Of a stretch of DNA of 64,000 bases, positions 1 to 14,700 are shown piece by piece (position 1 is the first letter of the stretch; the number at the start of each line of letters is the position of its first letter). The notes beneath the pieces are model-generated. The model was not told where the DNA came from and did no database searches. It was given only the letters and a program-made list of their open reading frames with translations. The DNA comes from Octopus bimaculoides. Its lineage: Eukaryota. The position numbers were made by a program, and so were the translations under genes. The stretch is taken from the NCBI RefSeq assembly GCF_001194135.2, contig NC_068983.1:123954709-124018708 (forward strand). Reading direction: 5' to 3'.

Positions 1-254
1 TTGCTCCTATAGAGCGGGCAAAAGACACATACAATAGGAATACAAAATACAAAATGGCTGATAGTTAGCAAGGTGAGACACACATAAGAAGGAAGGAAAC
101 AAAGGACCACTGATGAGGTCACAGAAGTGTGACGAAAGAACTCTGGCCGAAATAACATTAAGATTAATGTAATATAAAGCTGAAGCAAATTAACACCAAA
201 TATACAGTGCGTGTGTTTTTATTGGCTAAACTGGCAATATGACCATCCCCAAGT

Positions 255-299
<45 letters not shown>

Positions 300-661
300 T
301 ATAGTCTCCAACCTGTATTCCACCCACATGTAATAAGAAAACTTTTCACACACCCTACCCCAACAAACCAATCTATAAGCTTTACATCTCTTCTCATCCT
401 TACATTTCCTCCTTCATGCCCTATGTCTTCCTCTCACTCCCCAATCCTGTCCTCATGGCCCTGTTTCTCTGTATCATTGCTATCCAGTAGCCACAACCCA
501 CTCTATATATACCCAGGTTTTCACCATTCACTCTCCCCCCATCCACACTCTCTAATCCTGCTTCTTTGGCAATATCCTGCCATTTATTATGACCTTCAAA
601 CTTCAAGAGTATGCCCTGGCATTTGCCACCATCTATATCTCTCTCTGCCTTGCCTTTACTT

Positions 662-1903
662 AAACTGTATGACGCACGTGTGTGAACAACCATGCTACAT
701 GCTGGTGAAACATGGACTGTGACTGCTGAGGACATGCATAAGCTTGCAAGGAATGAAGCTCATATACTCCGCTGGATGTGTAATGTCAGTGTGCATACAT
801 GACAAAGTGTAAGTGCCCTGAGAGAAAATTTGGACATAAGGATCATCAGATGTGATGTGCAAGAGAGACAACTGCACTGGTATGGCCATGTGTTGTGTAT
901 GGATGAAGACAGCTGTGTGAAAAAGTGTCACACCCTAGCAGTTGAGGGAACCTGTGGAAGAGGTAAACCCAGGAAGACCTGGGATGAGGTAGTGAAGCAT
1001 GACCTTCGAACGTTGGGCCTCACAGAGGCAATGACAAGTGACCGAGACCTTTGGAGATATGCTGTGCTTGAGAAGACCTGGCAAGCCAAGTGAGACCATA
1101 ACTGTTGCCTATACCAATGCAGCATAACCGTCCTATTTAAGAGTACCCTTTAATCATTGGGCAATAAAGTGTGCTTGCGAAGACCTGTTGAGCCAAGTGA
1201 AGTTAGTCGTGGCTGGTGACAGTACCGCCTGATTGGCACCCATGCCAGTGGTATGTAAAAAGCACCATTTGAGTGTGATCGATACAAGTGTCGCCTGGCT
1301 GGTCCCATGCCGGTGGCACCTAAAAAGCACCATTTGGGTATGGTTGTTGCCAGTTCCGCCTGACTGGCTCCTGTGCCAGTGGCACGTAAAAAGCACCATT
1401 CTAGCATGGTCGATGCCAGTGCTGGCTGACTAGTCCCGTGCTGGTGGCACATAAAAAGTATCATTCAAGCATGGTCTTTGCCAGTGCCACCTGACTGGTT
1501 TCCATGCTGGTGGCACATAAAAAGCACCATTCAAGCGTGGTCGATGCCAGTACTACCTGATTGGTACATAAAAAGCACACACTACACTCTCAAAGTGGTT
1601 GGCAGTTGGACACCTATTTTTGTCTCTTTATCACAGTTTAACCTCTTATCACCTGGTACAAAGCCATCTCTATTCTCCATCTCAGTTGAGGGATCTTTGT
1701 CTTGAAAATTACTTGGTGACCTCACCAGTGCTGATGCCACATAAAAAGCATTCAGTACACTCTTTAAAGTGGTTGGCATTAGGAAGGACATCCGTGACAA
1801 AGCAGACAGTAAAGCATAGTGCAATCCTCTGGCTAACAAGTTCCTATCAAATTGTCCAGCCCATGCCAGTATGGAAAACAGATGATAAATGTTGATGATG
1901 ATG
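662..1903 (+). mobile_element. 5'-truncated copy of the same RTE family (ORF2 C-terminus plus 3' UTR)
   Basis: ORF 830..1093 nearly identical to 50157..50570; ~65-bp repeat array; (GAT)n tail. Confidence 0.9.
1217..1580 (+). repeat. Tandem array of ~65-bp units in the RTE 3' UTR (about 6 units)
   Basis: Unit gccagtgccgcctgactgg..cc(g/a)tgc(c/t)ggtggcac(g/a)taaaaagcaccattc; about 4 units at 50725-50965. Confidence 0.85.
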
Positions 1904-2038
1904 TACAAACACACACTAAACATGCATACATATATGTTAAAGAATGGCTGTTGGTTAAAATTTCATTTTAAAAGCAAATAAGGAAATAAATTACCTTTTG
2001 TTTCTTTTTAAACACAAATTAGCAGTAAATTAAATTAC

Positions 2039-2205
2039 CTGTCGGGCACGAGCATTAATAGCTTTCCTCACTCGCTTTAACTTTTGGATTGTTGGTTCCA
2101 ATTTTTTCATAGCCATTTCAACATCATTTCTCTCCTGATTGTTATTAAAGTCCTCCATCTGATTTATTGATTGCACAGTAGGAATATCGACAGTCAAATT
2201 GGCAT
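2039..2205 (-). CDS. KMT2C: KMT2C/D exon p (167 nt, phase 1-0), basic coiled coil
   Basis: Encodes ...EMAMKKLEPTIQKLKRVRKAINARARQ; acceptor ctccttttag, donor cag|gtaatt. Confidence 0.9.
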
Positions 2206-4031
2206 CTAAAAGGAGGGAAAACAGAGAGATTATAAAATATTAAATATTAAGGAATATAAATATAGAACTAAATGACTTCTATGGGAAATACTGAGCTGAA
2301 ATAATATCTTGGTAAAAAAAAATTTATAACATTTAATAGGTTAAACAAACAACTTGATGTTAAAGAAATCAGCAATTATGATATCAATAGAAATAATAAT
2401 TTATCTCATCACAAAAACAAAAAAAATCAACACCTCTCTTTCCTTTAAGAATAAGCTAAACATGGTTCTATCTAGCAATTCAGACACCCAAATGTTACTC
2501 AAACATGACTATGTCCTTTCTCCAGAAATTACATTGTCATAATAGAAATTGGTACCTGTTTAGGTATATTAAAACAAATAAGATAGACGGGTGGGGAGAG
2601 GGTGGAAAGAAAACAAATGGAGCTCATTTATACCAAACTTTTAAAAATATAACTCATATCCTCATAATTTAGCTGTTGCATGAATCCTAGTTTTTAGAAC
2701 AGAATAAAAGTTAACATAACAATGATGGTAATAGTAGTGGTGGTGGTGGTTCTATTTAATCTTCATACAATTATATTTATTAAATTAAATTAATTTTTAA
2801 AGAAATAAAAAAATAAATCTACTTCTGTTTTACTCTTATAATACATTAAAAGAACAAGTATTTATAGTAAGTAAAATCAAAAAACATTACTAAGATATCA
2901 AGATGAATATGATTTTCTGTAAAGTACCTGGTGTAGGTGGAATTATAGCTGGACGAGCTAATGGCGGAGACTGAAGTCCAGCAGAAGATGGTGATGGAGT
3001 AAAAGGTTGATGAGTTGGACTTGGAAATGGTGATGGAGTTCGTGGACTCATTTGTTGATTTGGTGTCCGTGGCATAAAGGAAGCATAATTTTGAACTGTG
3101 GGCGTTGTTGATTCACGGGGAGACTTATTTGCAGGTTTACCTAGCATAGTTCCTTGTGCAACTGGCCAGGACTGTTCCCTTGGAGATATTAATCTACAAA
3201 AGTACAACATGGGAATATTATTTAAAAATTGTATAGACTTTATAACCGACCCTTTCTCCTGCTGAATTCACTTCAAAGAAATGGAAACTATCTTTTAATT
3301 GAAAAAAACTGGAAGAATTAAAGATAAAAACATGATGTTTTTTCCAGCTTGACAGTGTGCTGACATAGAAAAATTGACATGAAATAGTAAAATTAAAATA
3401 AATAATAAAAACTAGCATTTTTTATAATTATCAAAACAGCAGATTTTGTTTATCAAAGCCACTTTCAACCATTGCTTTTCAATGATTCATTAAGACAATG
3501 TATTCTGCAAGGTAAATAGTTCAGTTTAACATCTCCCTACTGTCATTAGTTCAGGTTAACATTATATGAAGTTTTCTTTACCTAACATCTTTGAGATTAT
3601 CTGTAACCTTTAATGCTCTCTAAACTCAACCAATGATCATCAAGTGTCTTTAAACAACTTACTTTAAATATATACTTTAGCTTCTTTCAAAAGTCAGTCT
3701 CAATGACTTTGAATCCCATACTTTCCCTTTGCTTTCCAACACCAAACATACATGCTGATTAAGTAAATTTATTATCTTCACCAGCTCAATTTTCCTATTT
3801 GTACTTAACTGAACCTTTAATTCTCTAAACACTCTTAGTTAGTCTTTCTCCACACATATGAGCCTTTAATCCTCATCATAGCATCTCATCCCAATATTAT
3901 CATATCACACAAATCCACATGCTACCTGTTTGAACAAGTTTCTGACTTAATTCAATGTACACCATTTATATTCTGTATTACTGCAAAAAAATGTACATCA
4001 CACATCCCAGCTTCTCTCAGAGAGTGAAGTT

Positions 4032-4090
<59 letters not shown>

Positions 4091-7000
4091 TTCTTCTAAT
4101 TTGATATTAATTAGCAAAATAGACATAAATACAAACCTTGGAGACAGCTCTAAACGTGGCCTCATGCCCCCAGTATAAGCTGAAATTGAAGAGAAAAGAA
4201 TTTTATGTTTGAGAGTTTAAAATGTTTTAAACAACTTTTTAAAATATGTTTGGTCATACTGGTTCATCCCATTTTCCCATCTAAGAAAAAGCTAAGGATG
4301 AAAGTTTCAAAAATATTTGCATTTGAACTTTATAAAAAAAGAAAGAAACCTTTGGTAATTCATGAGCTGTTTTAACCCTTAAGCATTTAACCTAGCCATA
4401 TCCAGCCCAAATATTCAACTTGTTTTATGTCCAAACTGACCAGATCCAGCCTCTCACACTTACACTACAATGTCATTCTAAAAGTAAACAATCACATCTT
4501 CAAAATCTTGAAGCTACAAGATAATGCATGATTAATTCAAAACAATGAATAAATAAACATTACATGTAACAAAGTAATCTGAATGCTGATGGGTTAAAGT
4601 AAACCTGATTTTAAAAATCAGAGCAACTATAAGTAGTAAAAAAAAACCCAAATGCATGCACGCACGCACACACAAGTACCTTGTCGCAAAGCTCCAAAAA
4701 TTTCTTCCTGTTTCCGAGGACCCAGTAAAGCTTGTTCAGCTTGTCGCTTTTGTTCTTTTTTCTCCTAGTTTAAGGAAAAGAATATATAATAATTATTATA
4801 CTCGTTACATTTATACATAAAATATCTATATATAAATTGAAAACAAAATAATTCAAGAAACCTTAATGTAAACATACCTCTTCAAGTAAATCTTGTATTA
4901 ACAAAGGTTGTTCTTGTGATGGTCTTGTGTGACTAAGTGCAAGAGTTCTAGGCACTGAATTTCCTTGATTTGTAAAACTACCTGGCTTTCCAGGTATGTG
5001 TGTTTTTACAGTTAATGATGGATGGTTTGAAGGATAAGGTGTTGGTGACCTATGCAAACTACCAATTGTTGGGGCTGAGGCTACTAGATTAGACTGCTCT
5101 AAGTTAGGGCGGAGACTCAAAGACTGACCATCAGGCTGATAATATAATCCCGTTTGACTGTTTGGAGCAGCATATGTTCCAGTTGTTTGAGATGGTGAAG
5201 CATATAAACTACGTGATGCCATAGTACCAACATCAAAAGTAGATTCTGCATTTTGTGCTATTTGTTGTGATGCTTGACTGTTAGTGCTTTCAAGAGGCCA
5301 TGATATATTTCCGGTAGTTGTTTGAGTACTTAAAGGCATTTGTGCAGAAGCAGCAGAATTACTGAAAGTATTAAAAGAAGCAGAAGATGGTAGTTGTACT
5401 ATAGCAGCTGTTGATGTATTAATACAAGATTGATCAATTCCTGATGAAAGAGAAGTTGGAGAAGCTTGTGGATGCTTTAGAAAATTTTGATTAGTAACTG
5501 ATTGTCCATATAATATACTATTAGGAGTTGGTGTCAGAATACCGCCTCGTGGTGGTAAATGAGTCTGTGGTTGCCCATAAGTACCTTGCATATACTGGTT
5601 GACAGGAGGCACTGTCCCACGACCAAGTTGATGGAAACCTAAGGTTGGACTACTCTGACCAACATTAGGAACAGGAGTGGATGCTGACTGAGAATTTTGA
5701 TTATATTGTATAACTCTATCAGCACCTGAAAGATATGGTGATTGTGCTCTGCTAGAAGGTGCACTTGGAGGTGTGTGCCCAGCAGAGGAAACAGAACCAA
5801 CACTAGCAGTAGTTAATGACTGTGGATAACCAGGGCTAAAAGGTGACTGTGCAGTTGATGCTGACATTGGAGAATGTCTTGCCAATTGACTAGATGATTG
5901 TGGTCCTGATACTTGTCCAAAGGGAGAATGTGCTGATGGAGTCCTGGGAGATGACAGTCCAGATTTTGGTAAACTGTCTTTTGGTGATGGTAACATACCA
6001 GACATTTGCCGAGACGGTGGTCTAGATCTTTCAATCATTGTTGACAAAGATTCAATAGGGCTATTACATATTGTTCCACTTTGTAAAGTAGATTGTACTT
6101 TAGGAGATGATACTGATAAATTACTCATGGATGATGTCGGTGAGGATTCTTTTTGTTCTTTCACACTTTGTGATGAATTCTGATTTTGTAAATCAGGTTC
6201 AATTTTCATTACTAAACTCTTCTGGTCAGGAGAACTTTGTAAAAGAGCAGCTATATGACGACTATTTTGAATTGTAGAAGATTTTTCTGTATGCCCCTCT
6301 TTATTCAAAACTGATCCCTTTGTATCACTGTTAGAAGTACTAGGTGGTGTTGGAGGTGGTTCTTCCTTTCTCATTTGACTAAACTCCAAAAACTTGGCTT
6401 GAAAATCTGATTGTGATTTTTGTTCTGATGACTGAATGTTACTCGATTTAGAATCATTTGTTTCTGAAGAAATAATGGTCTCTTCTGAGTTTGATTCAGT
6501 TTTAATGGTTTCTGTTCTCTCATCTGCAGCAAGACTATTGCTTTCATCCGGGCTATCTTGACGCTCTTCTTCTTTTGAATCACCATTGCAATCTGTTTCA
6601 TCCAATACAAGCTCATCTAAAAAGTCAGTACCCAGTTCTTTATTCAATTCTGGATCAGCATACTGGAGTATATCAAATGTTCCATCCTCATCTGAAAGAT
6701 GAAGAAAAATCATTTTTTAACAAATTTCTACACAAAGTAGTTTGATTAATGGAATAAATTTAAATGCTATAGTACAATGGCTTCCACAGCTTCAGTTACT
6801 GTACTTCCTAATACTTAAAGTACATGAATAATGAACAATAAAAAAACTTAACTTAAAACTTGTGTCCTCTTTAATTACCATATACAACACATCAAATTGG
6901 AAATCAATGCTATAATTCAAAGAAATTATCTACCAAAATGGGGGTATAACTTATGAATAAAACAGTGTGCATGTGGATATGCACACAAATGCTCCAATTC

Positions 7001-8096
7001 ATTTTATAACTATCAATATATATATATAAAATGCATCGACAGTGCTACTTAAGTATGTGTGTGTGTTCACACACTGGCATGGCTGTGTGGTTGAGGTTAG
7101 CTTCACAACTTTCGGTTTCAATCCCATTGTGCAACATCTTGTGTAAGTCTCTTTTTACTATAGCCTGGGCTGACCAATGCCATATAAGGGAATTTGGACG
7201 ACAAAGGGTGCAGAAAAACCTGTTGTATATAAGTGTATGTGAATGCACGTGTGTTGTGCATCAATATTTATATATTCCACACTCATCACCACTAGAGCAA
7301 AGCAGTGCCAGTTTTGACACTCTTTGTTAGCGTTATGACTGGTTGCTGACAAGTAAAAATATTCCTAACTTGAACAGGTAAAGGTTGGAAACAGGAAGGT
7401 CATCCAGCTGTAAAATCCACTCTCAAGAATCTCCATCCAAATCCATACTAACATGGGAGAAGGGACACCGAACAAACATATGACTAGACTTAACCCTTTA
7501 GCATTTAAACCATCCATATCTGGCCCAAATATTCTAATTGTTTTATGTTCAAACTGGCCAGATACACACCAAGCCTACAATGTCATTCTAAAAATAAACA
7601 ATCACATCATTGGAAACTTGAAACGATGAGACAACGCATGATTAATTCAAAGCAATGTTAATAGATAAACACTACATTTGACAGTAACATGAATGCTAAA
7701 GGGATAAATATGTTCACCTCAGAAAAGCATAAATGCAAGTAACCAGCCAAATAACTACAATCACTCCACCAAGGAAAAAAATAACTGGAACTGTTTCAAT
7801 CAACTCTTATGTTAAACTAAATTTACATTTACTTCTTTTTCTACAAACTATGAACTAAACTAACTTTCTCTTGATCAAATCTACCTCTTACTTGTTCAAA
7901 ATTGTTTTCTATTACAATATATGTAATTTTCATATAGAAGAGATTCAACCAAAACTGAAACAGCAACTTCTATCTATGGATATTAAAGACATAACAGGTG
8001 AAATAAGAAATCAAATTATATAATGAGTGTACATCACTTAAATTTATTTATTTTAATGAGAAAATAAGGAATAGATTCATAGTAAAATAATACAAT

Positions 8097-8141
<45 letters not shown>

Positions 8142-8151
8142 NNNNNNNNNN

Positions 8152-8189
<38 letters not shown>

Positions 8190-11100
8190 CATGATTGTGG
8201 GCTTAAAAGTTTTCAAGGCAACCATTGTCTAGTACTATAGCTTTGGGATCAGTAAAGTCTTGTGAGTAACATTTAGAAGACGAGAACTCTACATTAGTGT
8301 GTTGTGTGTATGCTTGTTTCCACATCTTCACATTGATACCATTAGACACAGAGAGACATCATAAACAAGATGGTCAGCAGCTTGTCAGTTCAAGTTGCAA
8401 AAAATATAGAATGAAGTACCTTTCATGAAAACAAGTAATAATTGGTATCTAGCAGGGCATCCAGTCCTAGAATGCTATTCCAGAAAAACTGTCCACCTAT
8501 GCCAGCATGGAGAATGTGGACACTAAAATGAAGATATAATACCTAAATGATAATGTATACATTATTACTTACTTAATAAATCGTTGATTTCATCTTTATT
8601 ATCATCATCAAATTGGTCTTTTGTTTCTCTTGGATTTTCTTGAGATCCAGACTGTGGTTGGTTATTTCCAACTAGACTAGATTGTTGCTGCTGTTGTTGT
8701 TGCTGTAGTTGAAGCCTTCTTTGTTGTAATAAAGCATCATTATTCTGTGAAATACGTTCTTCTTGGGAATCTAGTTGACCGGAATATTCTGAAAATTGTC
8801 GATTGAAAACCTCCCCTTGTTTTTGTAAAACATCTTTAACATCTCCATCACTTTGCTTCAAAGATGTAGAAGAATAAGTGAACTGAGGAAAGCCTGCAGC
8901 CTGCTGAGTTGCAGCAGTTGCTTGTGTTTGACTATGTCCTGGAGTTTGTGGAGAAAGTTGATTTGTTGGTGCAGTTTCTTCACCTGACAACTGTTGTTGC
9001 TGTTCAGAATGCACAAATTCATATGGACTGGTAGGATTGCTTTTTGATAAAGATGAAGGTGATGATAAATTAGAAGCTGGACCTTGACAAGAATTTCGAC
9101 TACGAGCAATCATTTGAAGCAACTGAGCTCGCTGTAATTCTTCAGAGTTCATTTCCTGAAAAGTATCAAATAATGATAAGCATTATAAAGAAAAAGAAAA
9201 TACAAAAATAAGGTAATCACACCTACACTAAATTACACACATGAATATAAAGTCAAACAGTTAGGTAGGATAATATATTTTATTACAAAGTTACAATGAA
9301 AACTTATTTTTAGGAAAAATACTTACTGTTTTCATTTTGTTGCCATCTGGAAATGGGGGCCGTAAGCCAGGTAACTGACCAGGAATAAATCCAGTGCTTC
9401 CAGGAACTCTTGGTGTTACCTGAGGACTAAGTGGAGAATGAACTTGAAGATTTCGGTGTGGTCCAGGTCCAAAATTTTCAGTTTCTGTGAAAAATAATGT
9501 TTGTTGAAATTTATCATCAATTCAAAGACGAATTCTGGAAGCAATATTCATAATTAAAAATCTATTTCATTGAAGTGAACAGGATGGATATTATATGGCA
9601 GGCTGGAAGAGGCTAAAGTCCTCTGCTCACAATATTGTTCAATGCAGAAATAAGTTGTTAATGTTTTAACAAATTCAGTTCTTTTTCTCCCTCTTTTCTG
9701 CTATAGTGCCTAAGTTTGAAAAATGTTGGGGACTTGCAAACTTGAAATTGCTTTCTAAAGTCTGTTTTCAAAAATTGAGACACTGTCTAAAATGCATTTT
9801 CCCTAACACTTTTGATAAATATTACAATCAAAAATATACAAGCTTATATAAAATGATCAATATACAATTAAATATGTTAGAAAATGAAGTATTTTAACAC
9901 AACCAGAACTTTGAAACAAAAATGGGCAGCTGAATTTAGGAGGAGAAAGGCGAGTCTTGAAGATGACCCAAGCTCTGGGCAGCCTGCATCTACCATCACC
10001 AGAGAAAACATTGATCATGTTCACCACATGCTGATGAATAACAGGCAACTGAATATAAATCAAATAGCTAATGCTATAAGCATACCCTGTGAGAGAGTTG
10101 GGAATATTCTGCACAATGAACTTGGCATGACAAAGGTTTCTGCTCAATGGAGGCCATGTTTTGACACCTGATCAAAAGCACATCAGGCTAATCACATCAC
10201 AGGAAAATCTAACTTTCTTTCAAAGCAAATCCAGCTGGTTTCTTTGGAAGTTTCCCAACCCAAGATGAGTGCTCACTTGAATATCATTTTGAGCCAGAGA
10301 CAAAGAGACAATCCATGTAGTGAAAACACCCCTCTGCATCTGCTCCAAATAAGGCCAAGGTTAGTTATTTCATCTGCAGGGAAGGTGTTGGTGTTTCTTG
10401 GAATGCAAAAGGCATTGAGTTTACTATTTTCAAAAGGGCCACACCATCAACAGATAATACTATGCCAAACTCCTGAGGCAATTACAAAAGGCTATCAACA
10501 CCAAATACCTAGGAAAACTGACGAAAGGGGTCTTGTTTCATTAGAACAATCCCCCAGCACACAAGTCCTAGTTTTCAATGGCTGCTGTGCATGACTGTGG
10601 CATTGAACTAGCTGATCATCTTCCTATTCTCCTGATTTTGCTCCAACTGACTATCATCTGTTCTCAAACAAGAAAAAATACTTGGCTGGGAACCAGTATT
10701 GCAGTGTTGGTGACATTTTTTGAACAACAAGATGACAGCTTCTTTACCAATGGGATCCAAACACTGCAACAGCAATGGAAGAAGTGTATGGAACACAGGG
10801 AGAACTGATTTGGTCACATTCCATGAGAATATCTTGGTCAGCCTATAAACTTTTCAGTCACCACTTCTTTAGTAATAAAAGCATTAATAGTTTATAATAG
10901 ATTTGTATATTGTGCTGAAATAAAATATCTTATACATTACTTATTAAAATACTTTTACTTAGCAGCTAAATAATGACAAATATTTTAAGATAATGATAAT
11001 GCATAGAGGAATTATTTGCCATACCTGTTGGCCAAATTGGAGATGTTGGAGATTTTATTGCCATTTTATTAGCTTCATCTTGTTGCTGCTGTTGTTTCTT

Positions 11101-11710
11101 CTGTTGCCTTTGTTTAGATTGCTGAGCTAAGAGAACCCGCAATTGACGCTGAGCATCAGATCGACTTAAATCCCCTTCTGGTGAAACAATGTTAGGCTAA
11201 AAAACAAAGTTATAAAAATGTTAAATCACTATTACAAATTGCACTAAAACTTACTCTCTTTTTCTCACACACATACATATACATGTAGGTGCAGGCAAGA
11301 CTGTGTGGGTTAAGAAGTTTGTTTCACAAGAATGTGGTTTCAGATTCAGTTGCACTGAGCGGTAATAAGTTTGGCAATTGCTTTATGAATGGAATTAGCA
11401 GATGGAAACTAATGTGTATACATGTACATGCACATGTAAGCATATACTTATATTCTGTGTTGTCTTCACATTAAATCACTGAAGTAAAAAAGCAGTGACT
11501 TTACATTGACAATTCCTTACAACAAATTGCCTCATAGCACAGCACTATCAAAAGTGCAAATGGAATAAAAACAGGAAATGGTTAATGATAGGAAGAATGT
11601 CCAGCAGTAAAACATTGCTTCAATAATGTATTCAGACAACCTATACTAGCACAGTAAAAAAAAAAGACACTGAATGACCAAAATTCTCTTTCTTTCTTTC
11701 TCTCTCTCTG

Positions 11711-11758
<48 letters not shown>

Positions 11759-14700
11759 CACACACACATATAAACTTCCTCTCTTAATAGAATTGTATTA
11801 ATGACCTAGTATCATTGGTTTTCTTGCAGGAGTAAACCACATTTTTTAACCAGGGATTGAAGTATGAAAGACACTCTACAATTAAATTTAACAAAACGTG
11901 TCATTTGTACTTCAATCCCAAGTTGAATAAATGCAAACAGGGATGGGATGGTGAGTCTAAGATATTGATACAATTCTGATTAAAAAAATTATTTATCCAG
12001 CAATCCAGTACCAAGTACTCATACTCCAACCATTCACAAGGATTTTGGGTATCTCTGAAATATCAGCAACAATGTGTTTTAAAGATACTTTAAGGTAGTC
12101 CTTGAACCTCTTCTTTTGGTCCATAACTGCACTTTTCCCATCACAGTCCTGTATACAGGGACCACTGGGATGTAGTAGTCTGGCATGTAACTAACATATC
12201 TAGCCTATCTGACAAAAGGCTGCTCATTCTCACCATCAGCATCTTCATGTCCAGTTTTCACTGCTTGACATAATATTTTTAAAGCTTTCTGACAATACAC
12301 ATTTGTTAGTTCCCTTCAGAATTTTACCTTTTTGTAATATCTTATATACAATTTGAATGTAAAACCATTAATTTCTATATAGGGATATAGATATAAGAGA
12401 AGTTATAGATGTAAATTTAAATGTAAAGGAACGTATAATTATTTTCATAAGAGAGGTAATTTACATTTATTTCAACAAAAACAACTATTTAGAATTCTGA
12501 ACGTGAAAGTGTGAGGATAAATTTTTGAAAGCTTAGGATTTAAGTTGAAACAAGGAATGAAATTTTAAATGTGTTGCAATAAAATGCTTCAATTTTGTGA
12601 TGAATTATAAAACATGATAAAAGCAATTAAAAACATTAATTTGTATGAAATGGAGAAAAAAATTTTAAAAACCCTAAAATATTATTTGTAAATTTACATT
12701 ACTTTAAGTCCTAAATTAAAGTAAGTTTTAAGCTAATGTAAGAAAGTATATGAATTTTAGGTTAAAAGGTAAAGAGATATGAACTTTTAGGCTTTGGAAG
12801 TTACAGCAAAGTGAATATGTGTACAACATGCTGGAGAATGAATATGTAAAAGGAAATAATTTAGAAAAGAAAGTGATGTAAGCGATTACAGGTAAAAATA
12901 CACACAAAGATACAGGTATATATGTAAAAAAGATATACAAGAATACATATACAAATATATATGTGTGTGTAACTGTCTAAAACTATTCATACGGTCAGTC
13001 CAAAATGGCTTTTGAGTGGCATATCATCTCACTCAGATAACACCTAAAAGCGAAATTATTACTAAATATTTGCACTGAAAACGCATCATTTTATGTCCAC
13101 TTTTATGAGCTGTCATATGTTAAATCAGTTCTTGCTTAAGGTTATGAGCCTTGTACGTGTGGCCAAGAGACCTCACTTTTCTCATCCTTTTTCTTTTTCA
13201 GAATGATTTCTACAGGTGATAACTGGATACTCATACTAACACCAACCATTTTACATAATAGAGTAATAAGGGGGGGGGGGTTGCACCAGCACTAGAGAAG
13301 TTCTCATGTTCTCAACAAAACAAAACTATAAGATCCTCCCAACCCAATGAGGCCTCCACACATTCACCAACCACTTTACAGTGTAAACTGGGTGCATTTT
13401 TTCATGGCACCAGCTCTAGGTAGGTAGTTATGTTCTTCCCCCAAGACAGTGTTTAAGGAGCCTGTCTACCCTGAAGTTATTCAGTGTGTGATTAATCTAC
13501 ATGAAAAGAGGAGAAACACTCATTAGATCAGCATATTCCACAAACTAAATGATAGCAATTTCAATAAGGAAAGAGTCTTCCTATGATACATTACATCACC
13601 TATAAGGATACAACTTACTAGATAGAAATAGGGGATAGCTACTAAATAGGTGATTAACAAAAACCATAATTTAGGTTGCCTTCAAACTACTATGTTGAGA
13701 TAGGAAACATCAACTGTAGAAGATATCATTCATATCAGCAGCAGCTACCCCATAAATGTCCACAATGTACTGTACAGAAACACTCACAAATATATAACTG
13801 TGCTGTTTCAGGTTTTGAGAGTGGATTTGGTAGATGGAAAATGAAAGAAACCCATTGTATGTGTGGTGTGTATGAGTGCATATACAGGAGGTCCCAAAAG
13901 TCACTGATGGGTTTCAATTTTTAATAACTTCCTTATCTTTACAAATAAATGTATGAAATTTTGATACAATATAAAGGACATAATGATAATTAATATGCAC
14001 AAGTCAAATTTTGCAGCACCACTACATCATATATGAAAAATGACATCACTTAAATGGCAGCTATTTTCGGCTTCACACACTCGAGCTCTTTCCAAAACCT
14101 GCACCATAACACCCTCAAGATTTTCAGACCCTACTTTTGATTTCTCTATTGATGTTCTCCTTCAGTTGCACCAGGGTCTCTGGTTTGTTGACATAAACCC
14201 TCTCTTTAAGGTATACTCACAAGAAAAAATTTGGGGCTAGTTAAGTCTGGGGAACATGAAGGCCATTCAAAGTAGACCTCACACATGGTTCTAGCAAGAT
14301 GGGGTAACTGCTCATACCACAAGAGAAACAATGCTACAGCAGTGCTTTGGAGAGAGAATAATCTCCTGTTACAGCAATGTCAACTGGTCTTCATGTTCCC
14401 CAGACTTGACTAGACTGGATTTTTTGTCGAGATAGCTGAAAGAGAGGGTTTATGTCAATAAATTAGAGACTCTGGTGCAACTGAAGGAGAACATCAACAG
14501 AGAAATCAGAGAAGTGGGGTCTGAAACTCTTGAGGGTATTATGGTACAAGTTTTGGAAAGAGCACGGGTGGGCGAGGTAAAAAATGGTTGCCATTTAAGC
14601 GATGTCATTTTTCATATGTGAAGTAGTGGTGTTGCAAAATTTGACTTGTTCACATTAATTCCCCTCATGTCCTTAACATTGTATAAAAATTTCATGCATT

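Noticed and set aside
1217-1580. CRISPR-like array
   Set aside because: Units repeat end to end with no unique spacers, are part of an RTE 3' UTR, and the DNA is eukaryotic with no cas genes.
1985-2005. Second donor-like aag|gtaatt about 44 nt past the exon p donor
   Set aside because: The extension contains an in-frame TAA, and a microexon would leave an implausibly short intron.
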